Assembly (NCBI RefSeq): GCF_009914755.1 | Contig: NC_060936.1 | Source: the human T2T-CHM13v2.0 reference genome, Homo sapiens | Strand: one strand, 5' to 3' | Length of the DNA: 64,000 nt | Part shown: positions 51,601 to 64,000 of the stretch, one piece after another | Layout: each line of letters opens with the position of its first letter | How positions within the stretch are numbered: the stretch's first letter is position 1 | The notes under the pieces: generated by a model | The model's database searches: none | Seen by the model: the letters and a program-made list of their open reading frames with translations, nothing else | Told to the model about the DNA's origin: nothing | Program-made: the position numbers and the translations under genes

Positions 51601-53810
51601 ATGTTTCCTTTTCTACCTTTGGTCTCAAAGCGATTGAAATCTCCACATGGAAACTCCACAAAAAGAGTGTTTCAAATCTGCTCTTTCTGAAGGAAGGTTC
51701 AACTCTGTGAGTTGAATACACACACCACAAATAAGTTACTGAGAATTCTTCTGTGTAACATTATAGGAGGAAATCCCGTTTCCATCGAAGGCCTCAAAGA
51801 GGTCCAAATATCCACTTGCAGACTTTACAAAGACAGTGTCTCCAAACTCCTCCATCAAAAGAAAGGTTATACTCTGTGAATTGAACGCACACATCACAAA
51901 CTAGTTTCTGAGAATGATTCTGTCTGGTTTTTATACGAAGATATTTCCTTTTCTACAATTGGCCTGAAAGTGCTTGAAATCTCCACCTGCAAATATCACA
52001 AAAAGAGGGTTTCACATCTGCTCTGTCTAAAGGACAGTTCACCTCTGTGAGTTGAATAGAGGCAACACAAAGAACTTACTCAGTATTCTTCTTTCTAGCG
52101 TTATATGAAGAAATCCCGTTTCCAACGAACCCTCAAAGAGGTCTAAATATCTGCTTGCAGACTTTACAGACAGAGTGTTTCCAAACTACTCTATGAAAAG
52201 AAAGCTTAAACTCCTTGAGTTGAACGCACACATCACAAAATAGTTTCTGAGAATGATTCTGTCTTGTTTTTATACGAAGATATTTCCGTTTCTACGATTG
52301 GCCTCAAAGCGATTGAAATCTCCAACTGGAAACTGAACAAATAGGGTGTCTCAAATCTGCTCTGTCTAAAGGAAGGTTCAACTCTGTGAGTTGAATACAC
52401 ACACCACAAATAAGTTACTGAGAATTCTTCTGTCAAACATTACATGAAGAAATCCCGTTTCCAACGAAGGCCTCAAAGAGGTCCAAATATCCACTTGCAG
52501 ACATTACAAACAGAGTGTTTCCAAACTGCTCCATCAAAGGAAAGGTTAAACTCTGTGAGCTGAACAAACACATCAAAAAGAAGTTTCTGTGAATGATTCT
52601 GTCTAGATTTTATAAGAAGATGTTTCCTTTTCTACCATAGGCCTCAAAGCGCTTGAAATCTCCAGCTGCAAATTCCACAAAAAGGGTGTTTAACATCTGC
52701 TCTTCTAAAGGAAAGTTCAACTCTATGAGTTGAATACACACAGCACAAAGAAGTTACTGAGACTTCTCCTATCAAACATTATATGAAGAAATCCCGTTTC
52801 CAACGAAGGCCTCAAAGAGGTCCAAATATCCACTTGCAGACTTTACAGACAGAGTGTTTCCAAACTGCTCCATCAAAAGAAAGGTTAAACTCCTTGAGTT
52901 GAACACACACATCACAAAGTAGTTTCTGTGAAAGATTCTGTCTAGTTTTTATACGAAGATGTTTCCTTTTCTACCTTTGGTCTCAAAGCGATTGAAATCT
53001 CCACATGGAAACTCCACAAAAAGAGTGTTTCAAATCTGCTCTTTCTGAAGGAAGGTTCAACTCTGTGAGTTGAATACACACACCACAAATAAGTTACTGA
53101 GAATTCTTCTGTGTAACATTATATGAGGAAATCCCGTTTCCAACGAAGGCCTCAAAGAGGTCCAAATATCCACTTGCAGACTTTACAAAGACAGTGTCTC
53201 CAAACTCCTCCATCAAAAGAAAAGTGATACTCTGTGAATTGAACGCACACATCACAAAGTAGTTTCTGAGAATGATTCTGTCTGGTTTTTATACGAAGAT
53301 ATTTCCTTTTCTACAATTGGCCTGAAAGTGCTTGAAATCTCCACCTGCAAATATCACAAAAAGAGGGTTTCACATCTGCTCTGTCTAAAGGACAGTTCAC
53401 CTCTGTGAGTTGAATAGAGGCAACACAAAGAACTTACTCAGTATTCTTCTTTCTAGCGTTATATGAAGAAATCCCGTTTCCAACGAAGGCCCCAAAGAGG
53501 TCCAAATATCTGCTTGCAGACTTTACAGACAGAGTGTTTCCAAACTACTCTATGAAAAGAAAGCTTAAACTCCTTGAGTTGAACGCACACATCACAAAAT
53601 AGTTTCTGAGAATGATTCTGTCTTGTTTTTATACGAAGATAATTCCGTTTCTACGATTGGCCTCAAACGATTGAAATCTCCAACTGGAAACTGCACAAAT
53701 AGGGTATTTCAAATCTGCTCTGTCTAAAGGAAGGTTCAAATCTGTGAGTTGAATACACACACCACAAATAAGTTACTGAGAATTCTTCTGTCGAACATTA
53801 CATGAAGAAA

Positions 53811-56800
53811 TCCCGTTTCCAACGAAGGCCTCAAAGAGGTCCAAATATCCACTTGCAGACATTACAAACAGAGTGTTTCTAAACTGCTCCATCAAAGGAA
53901 AGGTTAAACTCTGTGAGCTGAACACACACATCAAAAAGAAGTTTCTGTGAATGATTCTGTCTAGATTTTATAAGAAGATGTTTCCTTTTCTACCGTAGGG
54001 CTCAAAGCGCTTGAAATCTCAAGCTGCAAACTCCACAAACAGGGTGTTTAACATCTGCTCTTCTAAAGGAAAGTTCAACTCTATGAGTTGAATACACACA
54101 GCACAAAGAAGTTACTGAGACTTCTCCTATCAAACATTATATGAAGAAATCCCGTTTCCAACGAAGGCCTCAAAGAGGTCCAAATATCCACTTGCAGACG
54201 TGACAAACAGAGTGTCTCCAAAGTGCTCCATCAAAAGAAAGGTTAAACTCTGTGAGTTGAACACACACATCTCAAAGTAGTTTCTGTGAATGATTCTGTC
54301 TAGTTTTTATACGAAGATATTTCCTTTTCTACCTCTGGTCTCAAAACGATTGAAATCTCCACATGGAAACTCCACAAAAAGAGTGTTTCAAATCTCCTCT
54401 TTCTGAAGGAAGGTTCAACTCTGTGAGTTGAATACACACACCACAAATAAGTAACTGAGAATTCTTCTGTGTAACATTATATGAGGAAATCCCGTTTCCA
54501 ACGAAGGCCTCAAAGAGGTCCAAATATCCCCTTGCAGACATTACAAACAGAGTGTTTCCAAACTGCTCCATGAAAGGAAAGGTTAAACTCTGTGAGCTGA
54601 ACACACACATCAAAAAGAAGTTTCTGTGAATGATTCTGTCTAGATTGTATAAGAAGATGTTTTCTTTTCTACCGTAGACCTCAAAGTGCTTGAAATCTCC
54701 AGCTGCAAATTCCACAAAAAGGGTGTTTAACATCTGCTCTTCTAAAGGAAAGTTCAACTCTATGAGTTGAATACACACAGCACAAAGAAGTTACTGAGAC
54801 TTCTCCTATCAAACATTATATGAAGAAATCCCGTTTCCAACGAAGGCCTCAAAGAGGTCCAAATATCTGCTTGCAGACTTTACAGACAGAGTGTTTCCAA
54901 ACTGCTCCATCAAAAGAAAGGTTAAACTCCTTGAGTTGAACACACACATCACAAAGTAGTTTCTGTGAATGATTCTGTCTAGTTTTTATACGAAGATGTT
55001 TCCTTTTCTACCTTTGGTCTCAAAGCCATTGAAATCTCCACATGGAAACTCCACAAAAAGAGTGTTTCAAATATGCTCTTTCTGAAGGAAGGTTCAACTC
55101 TGTGAGTTGAATACACACACCACAAATAAGTTACTGAGAATTCTTCTGTGTAACATTATATGAGGAAATCCCGTTTCCAACGAAGGCCTCAAAGAGGTCC
55201 AAATATCCACTTGCAGACTTTACAAAGACAGTGTCTCCAAACTCCTCCATCAAAAGAAAGGTTATACTCTGTGAATTGAACGCACACATCACAAAGTAGT
55301 TTCTGAGAATGATTCTGTCTGGTTTTTATACGAAGATATTTCCTTTTATACATTTGGCCTGAAAGTGCTTGAAATCTCCACCTGCAAATATCACAAAAAG
55401 AGGGTTTCACATCTGCTCTGTCTAAAGGACAGTTCACCTCTGTGAGTTGAATAGAGGCAACACAAAGAACTTACTCAGTATTCTTCTTTCTAGCGTTATA
55501 TGAAGAAATCCCGTTTCCAACGAAGGCCTCAAAGAGGTCCAAATATCTGCTTGCAGACTTTGCAGACAGAGTGTTTCCAAACTACTCTATGAAAAGAAAG
55601 CTTAAACTCCTTGAGTTGAACGCACACATCACAAAGTAGTTTCTGAGAATGATTCTGTCTTGTTTTTATACGAAGATATTTCCGTTTCTACGATTGGCCT
55701 CAAAGCGATTGAAATCTCCAACTGGAAACTGAACAAATAGGGTGTCTCAAATCTGCTCTGTCTAAAGGAAGGTTCAACTCTGTGAGTTGAATACACACAC
55801 CACAAATAAGTTACTGAGAATTCTTCTGTCGAACATTACATGAAGAAATCCCGTTTCCAACGAAGGCCTCAAAGAGGTCCAAATATCCACTTGCAGACAT
55901 TACAAACAGAGTGTTTCCAAACTGCTCCATCAAAGGAAAGGTTAAACTCTGTGAGCTGAACAAACACATCAAAAAGAAGTTTCTGTGAATGATTCTGTCT
56001 AGATTTTATAATAAGATGTTTCCTTTTCTACCATAGGCCTCAAAGCGCTTGAAATCTCCAGCTGCAAATTCCACAAAAAGGGTGTTTAACATCTGCTCTT
56101 CTAAAGGAAAGTTCAACTCTATGAGTTGAATACACACAGCACAAAGAAGTTACTGAGACTTCTAAAATCAAACATTATATGTAGAAATCCCGTTTCCAAC
56201 GAAGGCCTCAAAGAGGTCCAAATATCCACTTGCAGACTTTACAGACAGAGTGTTTCCAAACTGCTCCATCAAAAGAAAGGTTAAACTCCTTGAGTTGAAC
56301 ACACACATCACAAAGTAGTTTCTGTGAATGATTCTCTCTAGTTTTTATACGAAGATGTTTCCTTTTCTACCTTTGGTCTCAAAGCGATTGAAATCTCCAC
56401 ATGGAAACTCCACAAAAAGAGTGTTTCAAATCTGCTCTTTCTGAAGGAAGGTTCAACTCTGTGAGTTGAATACACACACCACAAATAAGTTACTGAGAAT
56501 TCTTCTGTGTAACATTATATGAGGAAATCCCGTTTCCAACGAAGGCCTCAAAGAGGTCCAAATATCCACTTGCAGACTTTACAAAGACAGTGTCTCCAAA
56601 CTCCTCCATCAAAAGAAAGGTTATACTCTGTGAATTGAACGCACACATCACAAAGTAGTTTCTGAGAATGATTCTGTCTGGTTTTTATACGAAGATATTT
56701 CCTTTTCTACATTTGGCCTAAAAGCGCTTGAAATCTCCACCTGCAAATATCACAAAAAGAGGGTTTCACATCTGCTCTGTCTAAAGGACAGTTCACCTCT

Positions 56801-57886
56801 GTGAGTTGAATAGAGGCAACCCAGAGAACTTACTCAGTATTCTTCTTTCTAGCGTTATATGAAGAAATCCCGTTTCCAACGAAGGCCTCAAAGAGGTCCA
56901 AATATCTGCTTGCAGACTTTACAGACAGAGTGTTTCCAAACTGCTCCATCAAAAGAAAGGTTAAACTCTGTGAGTTGAACACACACATCACAAAGTAGTT
57001 TCTGTGAATGATTCTGTCTAGTTTTTATACGAAGATGTTTCCTTTTCTACCTTTGGTCTCAAAGCGATTGAAATCTCCACATGGAAACTCCACAAAAAGA
57101 GTGTTTCAAATCTGCTCTTTCTGAAGGAAGGTTCAACTCTGTGAGTTGAATACACACACCACAAATAAGTTACTGAGAATTCTTCTGTGTAACATTATGT
57201 GAGGAAATCCCGTTTCCAACGAAGGCCTCAAAGAGGTCCAAATATCCACTTGCAGACTTTATAAAAACAGTGTCTCCAAACTCCTCCATCAAAAGAATGT
57301 TATACTCTGTGAATTGAACCCACAAATCACAAAGTAGTTTCTGAAAATGATTCTGTCTGGTTTTTATACGAAGATATTTCCTTTTCTACATTTGGCCTAA
57401 AAGTGCTTGAAATCTCCACCTGCAAATATCACAAAAAGAGGGTTTCACATCTGCTCTATCTAAAGGACAGTTCACCTCTGTGAGTTGAATAGAGGCAACA
57501 CAAAGAACTTACTCAGTATTCTTCTTTCTAGCGTTATATGAAGAAATCCCGTTTCCAACGAAGGCCTCAAAGAGGTCCAAATATCTGCTTGCAGACTTTA
57601 CAGACAGAGTGTTTCCAAACTACTCTATGAAAAGAAAGCTTAAACTCCTTGAGTTGAACGCACACATCACAAAATTGTTTCTGAGAATGATTCTGTCTTG
57701 TTTTTATACGAAGATATTTCCGTTTCTACGATTGGCCTCAAAGCGATTGAAATCTCCAACTGGAAACTGCACAAATAGGGTGTTTCAAATCTGCTCTGTC
57801 TAAAGGAAGGTTCAACTCTGTGAGTTGAATACACACACCACAAATAAGTTACTGAGAATTCTTCTGTCGAACATTACATGAAGAAA
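53811..57886 (-). repeat. Two different adjacent 12-mer variants (2038 bp each); another L3R1 12-mer at 60605-62640
   Basis: 53811-55848 contains L3R1 at 54490. 55849-57886 contains L4 followed by an R4/R2 hybrid at 56868 that leads back to L3 at 57208. Confidence 0.82.
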
Positions 57887-60800
57887 TCCCGTTTCCAACG
57901 AAGGCCTCAAAGAGGTCCAAATATCCACTTGCAGACATTACAAACAGAGTGTTTCCATACTGCTCCATCAAAGGAAAGGTTAAACTCTATGAGCTGAACA
58001 CACACATCAAAAAGAAGTTTCTGTGAATGATTCTGTCTAGATTTTATAAGAAGATGTTTCCTTTTCTACCTTAGGCCTCAAGGCGCTTGAAATCTCCAGC
58101 TGCAAATTCCACAAAAAGGGTGTTTAACATCTGCTCTTCTAAAGGAAAGTTCAACTCTATGAGTTGAATACACACAGCACAAAGAAGTTACTGAGATTTC
58201 TCCTATCAAACATTATATGAAGAAATCCCGTTTCCAATGAAGGCCTCAAAGAGGTCCAAATATCCACTTGCAGACGTGACAAACAGAGTGTTTCCAAACG
58301 GCTCCATCAAAAGAAAGGTTAAACACTGTGAGTTGAACACACACATCTCAAAGTAGTTTCTGTGAATGATTCTGTCTAGTGTTTATACGAAGCTGTTTCC
58401 TTTTCTACCTCTGGTCTCAAAACGATTGAAATCTCCACATGGAAACTCCACAAAAAGAGTGTTTCAAATCTCCTCTTTCTGAAGGAACGTTCAACTCTGT
58501 GAGTTGAATACACACACCACAAATAAGTAACTGAGAATTCTTCTGTGTAACATTATATGAGGAAATCCCGTTTCCAACGAAGGCCTCAAAGACGTCCAAA
58601 TATCCACTTGCTGACATTACAAACAGAGTGTTTCCAAACTGCTCCATCAAAGGAAAGGTTAAACTCTGTGAGCTGAACACACAAATCAAAAAGAAGTTTC
58701 GGTGAATGATTCTGTCTAGATTTTATAAGAAGATGTTTCCTTTTCTACCGTAGGACTCAAAGCGCTTGAAATCTCCAGCTGCAAATTCCACAAAAAGGGT
58801 GTTTAACATCAGCTCTTCTAAAGGAAAGTTCAACTCTATGAGTTGAATACACACAGCACAAAGAAGTTACTGAGACTTCTCCTATCAAACATTATAGGAA
58901 GAAATCCCGTTTCCAACGAAGGCCTCAAAGAGGTCCAAATATCTGCTTGCAGACTTTACAGACAGAGTGTTTCCAAACTGCTCCATCAAAAGAAAGGTTA
59001 AACTCCTTGAGTTGAACACACACATCACAAAGTAGTTTCTGTGAATGATTCTGTCTAGTTTGTATACGAAGATGTTTCCTTTTCTACCTTTGGTCTCAAA
59101 GCGATTGAAATCTCCACATGGAAACTCCACAAAAAGAGTGTTTCAAATATGCTCTTTCTGAAGGAAGGTTCAACTCTGTGAGTTGAATACACACACCACA
59201 AATAAGTTACTGAGAATTCTTCTGTGTAACATTATATGAGGAAATCCCGTTTCCAACGAAGGCCTCAAAGAGGTCCAAATATCCACTTGCAGACTTTACA
59301 AAGACAGTGTCTCCAAACTCCTCCATCAAAAGAAAGGTTATACTCTGTGAATTGAACGCACACATCACAAAGTAGTTTCTGAGAATGATTTTGTCTGGTT
59401 TTTATACGAAGATATTTCCTTTTCTACATTTGGCCTAAAAGTGCTTGAAATCTCCACCTGCAAATATCACAAAAAGAGGGTTTCACATCTGCTCTGTCTA
59501 AAGGACAGTTCACCTCTGTGAGTTGAATAGAGGCAACACAAAGAACTTACTCAGTATTCTTCTTTCTAGCGTTATATGAAGAAATCCCGTTTCCAACGAC
59601 GGCCTCAAAGAGGTCCAAATATCTGCTTCCAGACTTTACAGACAGAGTGTTTCCAAACTGCTCCATCAAAAGAAAGGTTAAACTCTGTGAGTTGAACACA
59701 CACATCACAAAGTTGTTTCTGTGAATGATTCTGTCTAGTTTTTATACGAAGATGTTTCCTTTTCTACCTCTGGTCTCAAAGCGATTGAAATCTCCACATG
59801 GAAACTCCACAAAAATAGTGTTTCAAATCTACTCTTTCTGAAGGAAGGTTCATCTCTGTGAGTTGAATACACACACCACAAATAAGTTACTGAGAATTCT
59901 TCTGTGTAACATTATATGAGGAAATCCCGTTTCCAACGAAGGCCTCAAAGAGGTCCAAATATCCACTTGCAGACTTTACAAAGACAGTGTCTCCAAACTC
60001 CTCCATCAAAAGAAAGGTTATACTCTGTGAATTGAACGCACACATCACAAAGTAGTTTCTGAGAATGATTCTGTCTGGTTTTTATACGAAGATATTTCCT
60101 TTTCTACATTTGGCCTAAAAGCGGTTGAAATCTCCACCTGCAAATATCACAAAAAGAGGGTTTCACATCTGCTCTGTCTAAAGGACAGTTCACCTCTGTG
60201 AGTTGAATAGAGGCAACACAAAGAACTTACTCAGTATTCTTCTTTCTAGCGTTATATGAAGAAATCCCGTTTCCAACGAAGTCCTCAAAGAGGTCCAAAT
60301 ATCTGCTTGCAGACTTTACAGACAGAGTGTTTCCAAACTACTCTATGAAAAGAAAGCTTAAACTCCTTGAGTTGAACGCACACATCACAAAATAGTTTCT
60401 GAGAATGATTCTGTCTTGTTTTTATACGAAGATATTTCCGTTTCTATGATTGGCCTCAAAGCGATTGAAATCTCCAACTGGAAACTGCACAAATACGGTG
60501 TTTCAAATCTGCTCTGTCTAAAGGAAGGTTCAACTCTGTGAGTTGAATACAGACACCACAACTAAGTTACTGAGAATTCTTCTGTCGAACATTACATGAA
60601 GAAATCCCGTTTCCAATGAAGGCCTCAAAGAGGTCCAAATATCCACTTGCAGACATTACAAACAGAGTGTTTCCAAACTGCTCCATCAAAAGAAAGGTTA
60701 AATTCTGTGAGCTGAACACACACATCAAAAAGAAGTTTCTGTGAATGATTCTGTCTTGATTTTTTATGAAGATGTTTCCTTTTCTACCATAGGCCTCAAA

Positions 60801-62640
60801 GCGCTTGAAATCTCCAGCTGCAAATTCCACAAAAAGGGTGTTTAACATCTGCTCTCCTAAGGAAAGTTCAACTCTATGAGTTGAATACACAAAGCACAAA
60901 GAAGTTACTGACACTTCTCCTATCAAACATTATATGAAGAAATCCCGTTTCCAACGAAGGCCTCAAAGAGGTCCAAATATCCACTTGCAGACGTGACAAA
61001 CAGAGTGTTTCCAAACTGCTCCATCAAAAGAAAGGTTAAACACTGTGAGTTGAACACACACATCTCAAAGTAGTTTCTGTGAATGATTCTGTCTAGTTTT
61101 TATACGAAGATGTTTCCTTTTCTACCTCTGGTCTCAAAACGATTGAAATCTCCACATGGAAACTCCACAAAAAGAGTGTTTCAAATCTCCTCTTTCTGAA
61201 GGAAGGTTCAACTCTGTGAGTTGAATACACACACCACAAATAAGTAACTGAGAATTCTTCTGTGTAACATTATATGAGGAAATCCCGTTTCCAACGAAGG
61301 CCTCAAAGAGGTCCAAATATCCACTTGCAGACATTACAAACAGAGTGTTTCCAAACTGCTTCATCAAAGGAAAGGTTAAACCCTGTGAGCTGAACACACA
61401 CATCAAAAAGTAGTTTCTGTGAATGATTCTCTATAGATTTTATAAGAAGATGTTTCCTTTTCTACCCTTGGCCTCAAAGCGCTTGAAATCTCCAGCTGCA
61501 AATTCCACAAAAAGGGTGTTTAACATCTGCTCTTCTAAAGGAAAGTTCAACTCTATGAGTTGAATACACACAGCACAAAGAAGTTACTGAGACTTCTCCT
61601 ATCAAACATTATATGAAGAAATCCCGTTTCCAACGAAGGCCTCAAAGAGGTCCAAATATCTGCTTGCAGACTTTACAGACAGAGTGTTTCCAAACTGCTC
61701 CATCAAAAGAAAGGTTAAAGTCTGTGACTTGAATACACACAACACAAAGTAGTTTCTGTGAATGATTCTGTCTAGTTTTTATACGAAGATGTTTCCTTTT
61801 CTACCTTTGGTCTCAAAGCGATTGAAATCTCCACATGGAAACTCCACAAAAAGAGTGTTTCAAATATGCTCTTTCTGAAGGAAGGTTCAACTCTGTGAGT
61901 TGAATACACACAACACAAATAAGTTACTGAGAATTCTTCTGTGTAACATTATATGAGGAAATCCCGCTTCCAACGAAGGCCTCAAAGAGGTCCAAATATC
62001 CACTTGCAGACTTTACAAAGACAGTGTCTCCAAACTCCTCCATCAAAAGAAAAGTTATACTCTGTGAATTGAACGCACACATCACAAAGTAGTTTCTGAG
62101 AATGATTCTGTCTGGTTTTTATACGAAGATATTTCCTTTTCTACAATTGGCCTGAAAGTGCTTGAAATCTCCACCTGCAAATATCACAAAAAGAGGGTTT
62201 CACATCTGCTCTGTCTAAAGGACAGTTCACCTCTGTGAGTTGAATAGAGGCAACACAAAGAACTTACTCAGTATTCTTCTTTCTAGCGTTCTATGAAGAA
62301 ATCCCGTTTCCAACGAAGGCCTCAAAGAGGTCCAAATATCTGCTTGCAGACTTTACAGACAGAGTGTTTCCAAACTACTCTATGAAAAGAAAGCTTAAAC
62401 TCCTTGAGTTGAACGCACACATCACAAAATAGTTTCTGAGAATGATTCTGTCTTGTTTTTATACGAAGATAATTCCGTTTCTACGATTGGCCTCAAACGA
62501 TTGAAATCTCCAACTGGAAACTGCACAAATAGGGTATTTCAAATCTGCTCTGTCTAAAGGAAGGTTCAACTCTGTGAGTTGAATACACACACCACAAATA
62601 AGTTACTGAGAATTCTTCTGTCGAACATTACATGAAGAAA

Positions 62641-63659
62641 TCCCGTTTCTAACGAAGGCCTCAAAGAGGTCCAAATATCCACTTGCAGACATTACAAACA
62701 GAGTGTTTCTAAACTGCTCCATCAAAGGAAAGGTTAAACTCTGTGAGCTGAACACACACATCAAAAAGAAGTTTCTGTGAATGATTCTGTCTAGATTTTA
62801 TAAGAAAATGTTTCCTTTTCTACTGTAGGCCTCAAAGCGCTTGAAATCTCCAGCTGCAAATTCCACAAACAGGGTGTTTAACATCTGCTCTTCTAAAGGA
62901 AAGTTCAACTCTATGAGTTGAATACACACAGCACAAAGAAGTTACTGAGATTTCTCCTATCAAACATTATATGAAGAAATCCCGTTTCCAAAGAAGGCCT
63001 CAAAGAGGTCCAAATATACACTTGCAGACTTTACAAAGACAGTGTCTCCAAACTCCTCCATCAAAAGAAAGGTTATACTCTGTGAATTGAACGCACACAT
63101 CACAAAGTAGTTTCTGAGAATGATTCTGTCTGGTTTTTATACGAAGATATTTCCTTGTCTACATTTGGCCTAAAATCGCTTGAAATCTCCACCTGCAAAT
63201 ATCACAAAAAGAGGGTTTCACATCTGCTCTGTCTAAAGGACAGTTCACCTCTGTGAGTTGAATAGAGGCAACACAAAGAACTTACTCAGTATTCTTCTTT
63301 CTAGTGTTCTATGAAGAAACCCCGTTTCCAACGAAGGCCTCAAAGAGGTCCAAATATCAGCTTGCAGACTTTACAGACAGAGTGTTTCCAAACTACTCTA
63401 TGAAAAGAAAGCTTAAACTCCTTGAGTTGAACGCACACATCACAAAGTAGTTTCTGAGAATGATTCTGTCTTGTTTTTATATGAAGATATTTCCGTTTCT
63501 ATGATTGGCCCCAAAGCGATTGAAATCTCCAACTGGAAACTGCACAAATAGGGTGTTTCAAATCTGCTCTGTCTAAAGGAAGGTTCAACTCTGTGAGTTG
63601 AATACACACACCACAAAGAAGTTACTGAGAATTCTTCTGTCCAACATTACATGAAGAAA
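62641..63659 (-). repeat. 6-mer variant (L2/R3 junction), 1019 bp
   Basis: The box at 62980 has the L2 left context and the R3 right context. The same junction class occurs at 34790 and 36149. Confidence 0.85.
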
Positions 63660-64000
63660 TCCCGTTTCCAATGAAGGCCTCAAAGAGGTCCAAATATCCC
63701 CTTGCAGACATTACAAACAGAGTGTTTCCAAACTGCTCCATCAAAAGAAAGGTTAAACTCTGTGAGCTGAACACACACATCAAAAGGAAGTTTCTGTGAA
63801 TGATTCTGTCTAGATTGTATAAGAAGATGTTTCCTTTTCTACCGTAGGCCTCAAAGCGCTTGAAATCTCCAGCTGCAAATTCCACCAAAAGGGTGTTTAA
63901 CATCTGCTCTTCTAAAGGAAAGTTCAACTCTATGAGTTGAATACACACAGCACAAAGAAGTTACTAAGACTTCTCTTATCAAACATTATATGAAGAAATC

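Larger units (their letters stand above)
1..64000 (-). repeat. Alpha-satellite higher-order repeat array, SF1 (dimeric J1/J2 type), basic unit 8 monomers / 1359 bp
   Basis: Seen in sequence: ~170-bp monomers throughout. CENP-B boxes start at 147, 486, 826, 1166 and 1506, with four different flanking contexts that recur every 1359 bp (1506-147, 2865-1506, 5243-3884). Established knowledge: a box in every second monomer followed by TTTCTTCA on the - strand, plus GAATTC sites, is typical of SF1. Confidence 0.98.
1..64000 (-). repeat. Probable chromosome 10 centromeric family (D10Z1 / S1C10H1 or a sister sub-array)
   Basis: Known human SF1 8-mer HORs are D10Z1 and D12Z3. The - strand motifs ATAATGTTTGATAGGAGAAGTCTCAG and TTTAGAAGAGCAGATGTTAAACACCC match my recollection of D10Z1. 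No database check was run. Confidence 0.65.
42260..64000 (-). repeat. Layer 3: HOR haplotype rich in structural variants
   Basis: Frequent markers tttctacgatt, cacaaaatagttt, tgtctggtttt, caattggcctgaaagtg, cttactcag and catcaaaggaaagg. Contains 4-, 6-, 12- and 16-mer units. Confidence 0.75.

Noticed and set aside
54341-54778. Longest ORF (145 aa)
   Set aside because: It spans the L3R1 junction, which fuses two stop-free satellite frames. It is a by-product of the structural variant.
61962-61978. Variant box tcccgcttccaacgaag as a knock-out
   Set aside because: It reads CTTCGTTGGAAGCGGGA, which keeps all nine essential bases. The changes at 30033, 31052, 34111, 49057, 51774 and 62641 are likewise at non-essential positions.
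147-63676. CRISPR-like pattern of a constant ~35-bp repeat with spacers
   Set aside because: The intervening ~300-bp segments are homologous satellite monomers rather than unique spacers, and there are no cas genes.
29786-63948. All 22 ORFs in the supplied track (64-145 aa)
   Set aside because: They are translations of alpha-satellite monomers that recur with HOR periodicity. They open only where SNPs remove stop codons or add starts, and they show no recognisable domain or gene context. Their absence left of 29.7 kb simply mirrors the haplotype-layer change.
1-64000. L1/Alu insertion, inversion or non-satellite island
   Set aside because: Box spacing and orientation are continuous from start to end. 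I saw no poly(A) tail, target-site duplication or foreign sequence.
1-64000. SF2 8-mer arrays (D14Z9/D22Z1) as the identity
   Set aside because: In SF2 the box is normally followed by ATATCTTCA on the - strand. Here it is followed by TTTCTTCA or TTTCCTC, the SF1 pattern.

Overview
The whole 64 kb window is one uninterrupted primate (most likely human) centromeric alpha-satellite array of ~170-bp monomers. The + strand carries the reverse complement of the conventional orientation, and I see no inversion, transposon insertion or gene. A CENP-B box (+ strand TCCCGTTTCCAACGAAG) recurs every ~340 bp. Its context (- strand GAGGCCTTCGTTGGAAACGGGATTTCTTCA) fits the dimeric suprachromosomal family 1 (SF1, J1/J2). 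Four distinct dimers form a 1359-bp 8-monomer higher-order repeat (HOR). From memory the monomers best resemble the chromosome 10 D10Z1/S1C10H1 family, but this is unverified. I tracked the dimers by eye using the sequence left (L1-L4) and right (R1-R4) of each box. This shows three haplotype layers (about 1-29.4 kb, 29.4-42.2 kb and 42.2-64 kb) and nested multi-kb duplications (offsets 3053, 4077, 9843, 13920 and 14939 bp). It also shows 4-, 6-, 10-, 12- and 16-mer structural variants, a rearranged 8-mer that keeps the original length, hybrid monomers, short conversion tracts and CENP-B box knock-outs. All supplied ORFs look like chance open frames. I found no new gene system; the interesting signal is how the array itself has evolved. 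All coordinates were read manually and breakpoints are approximate.
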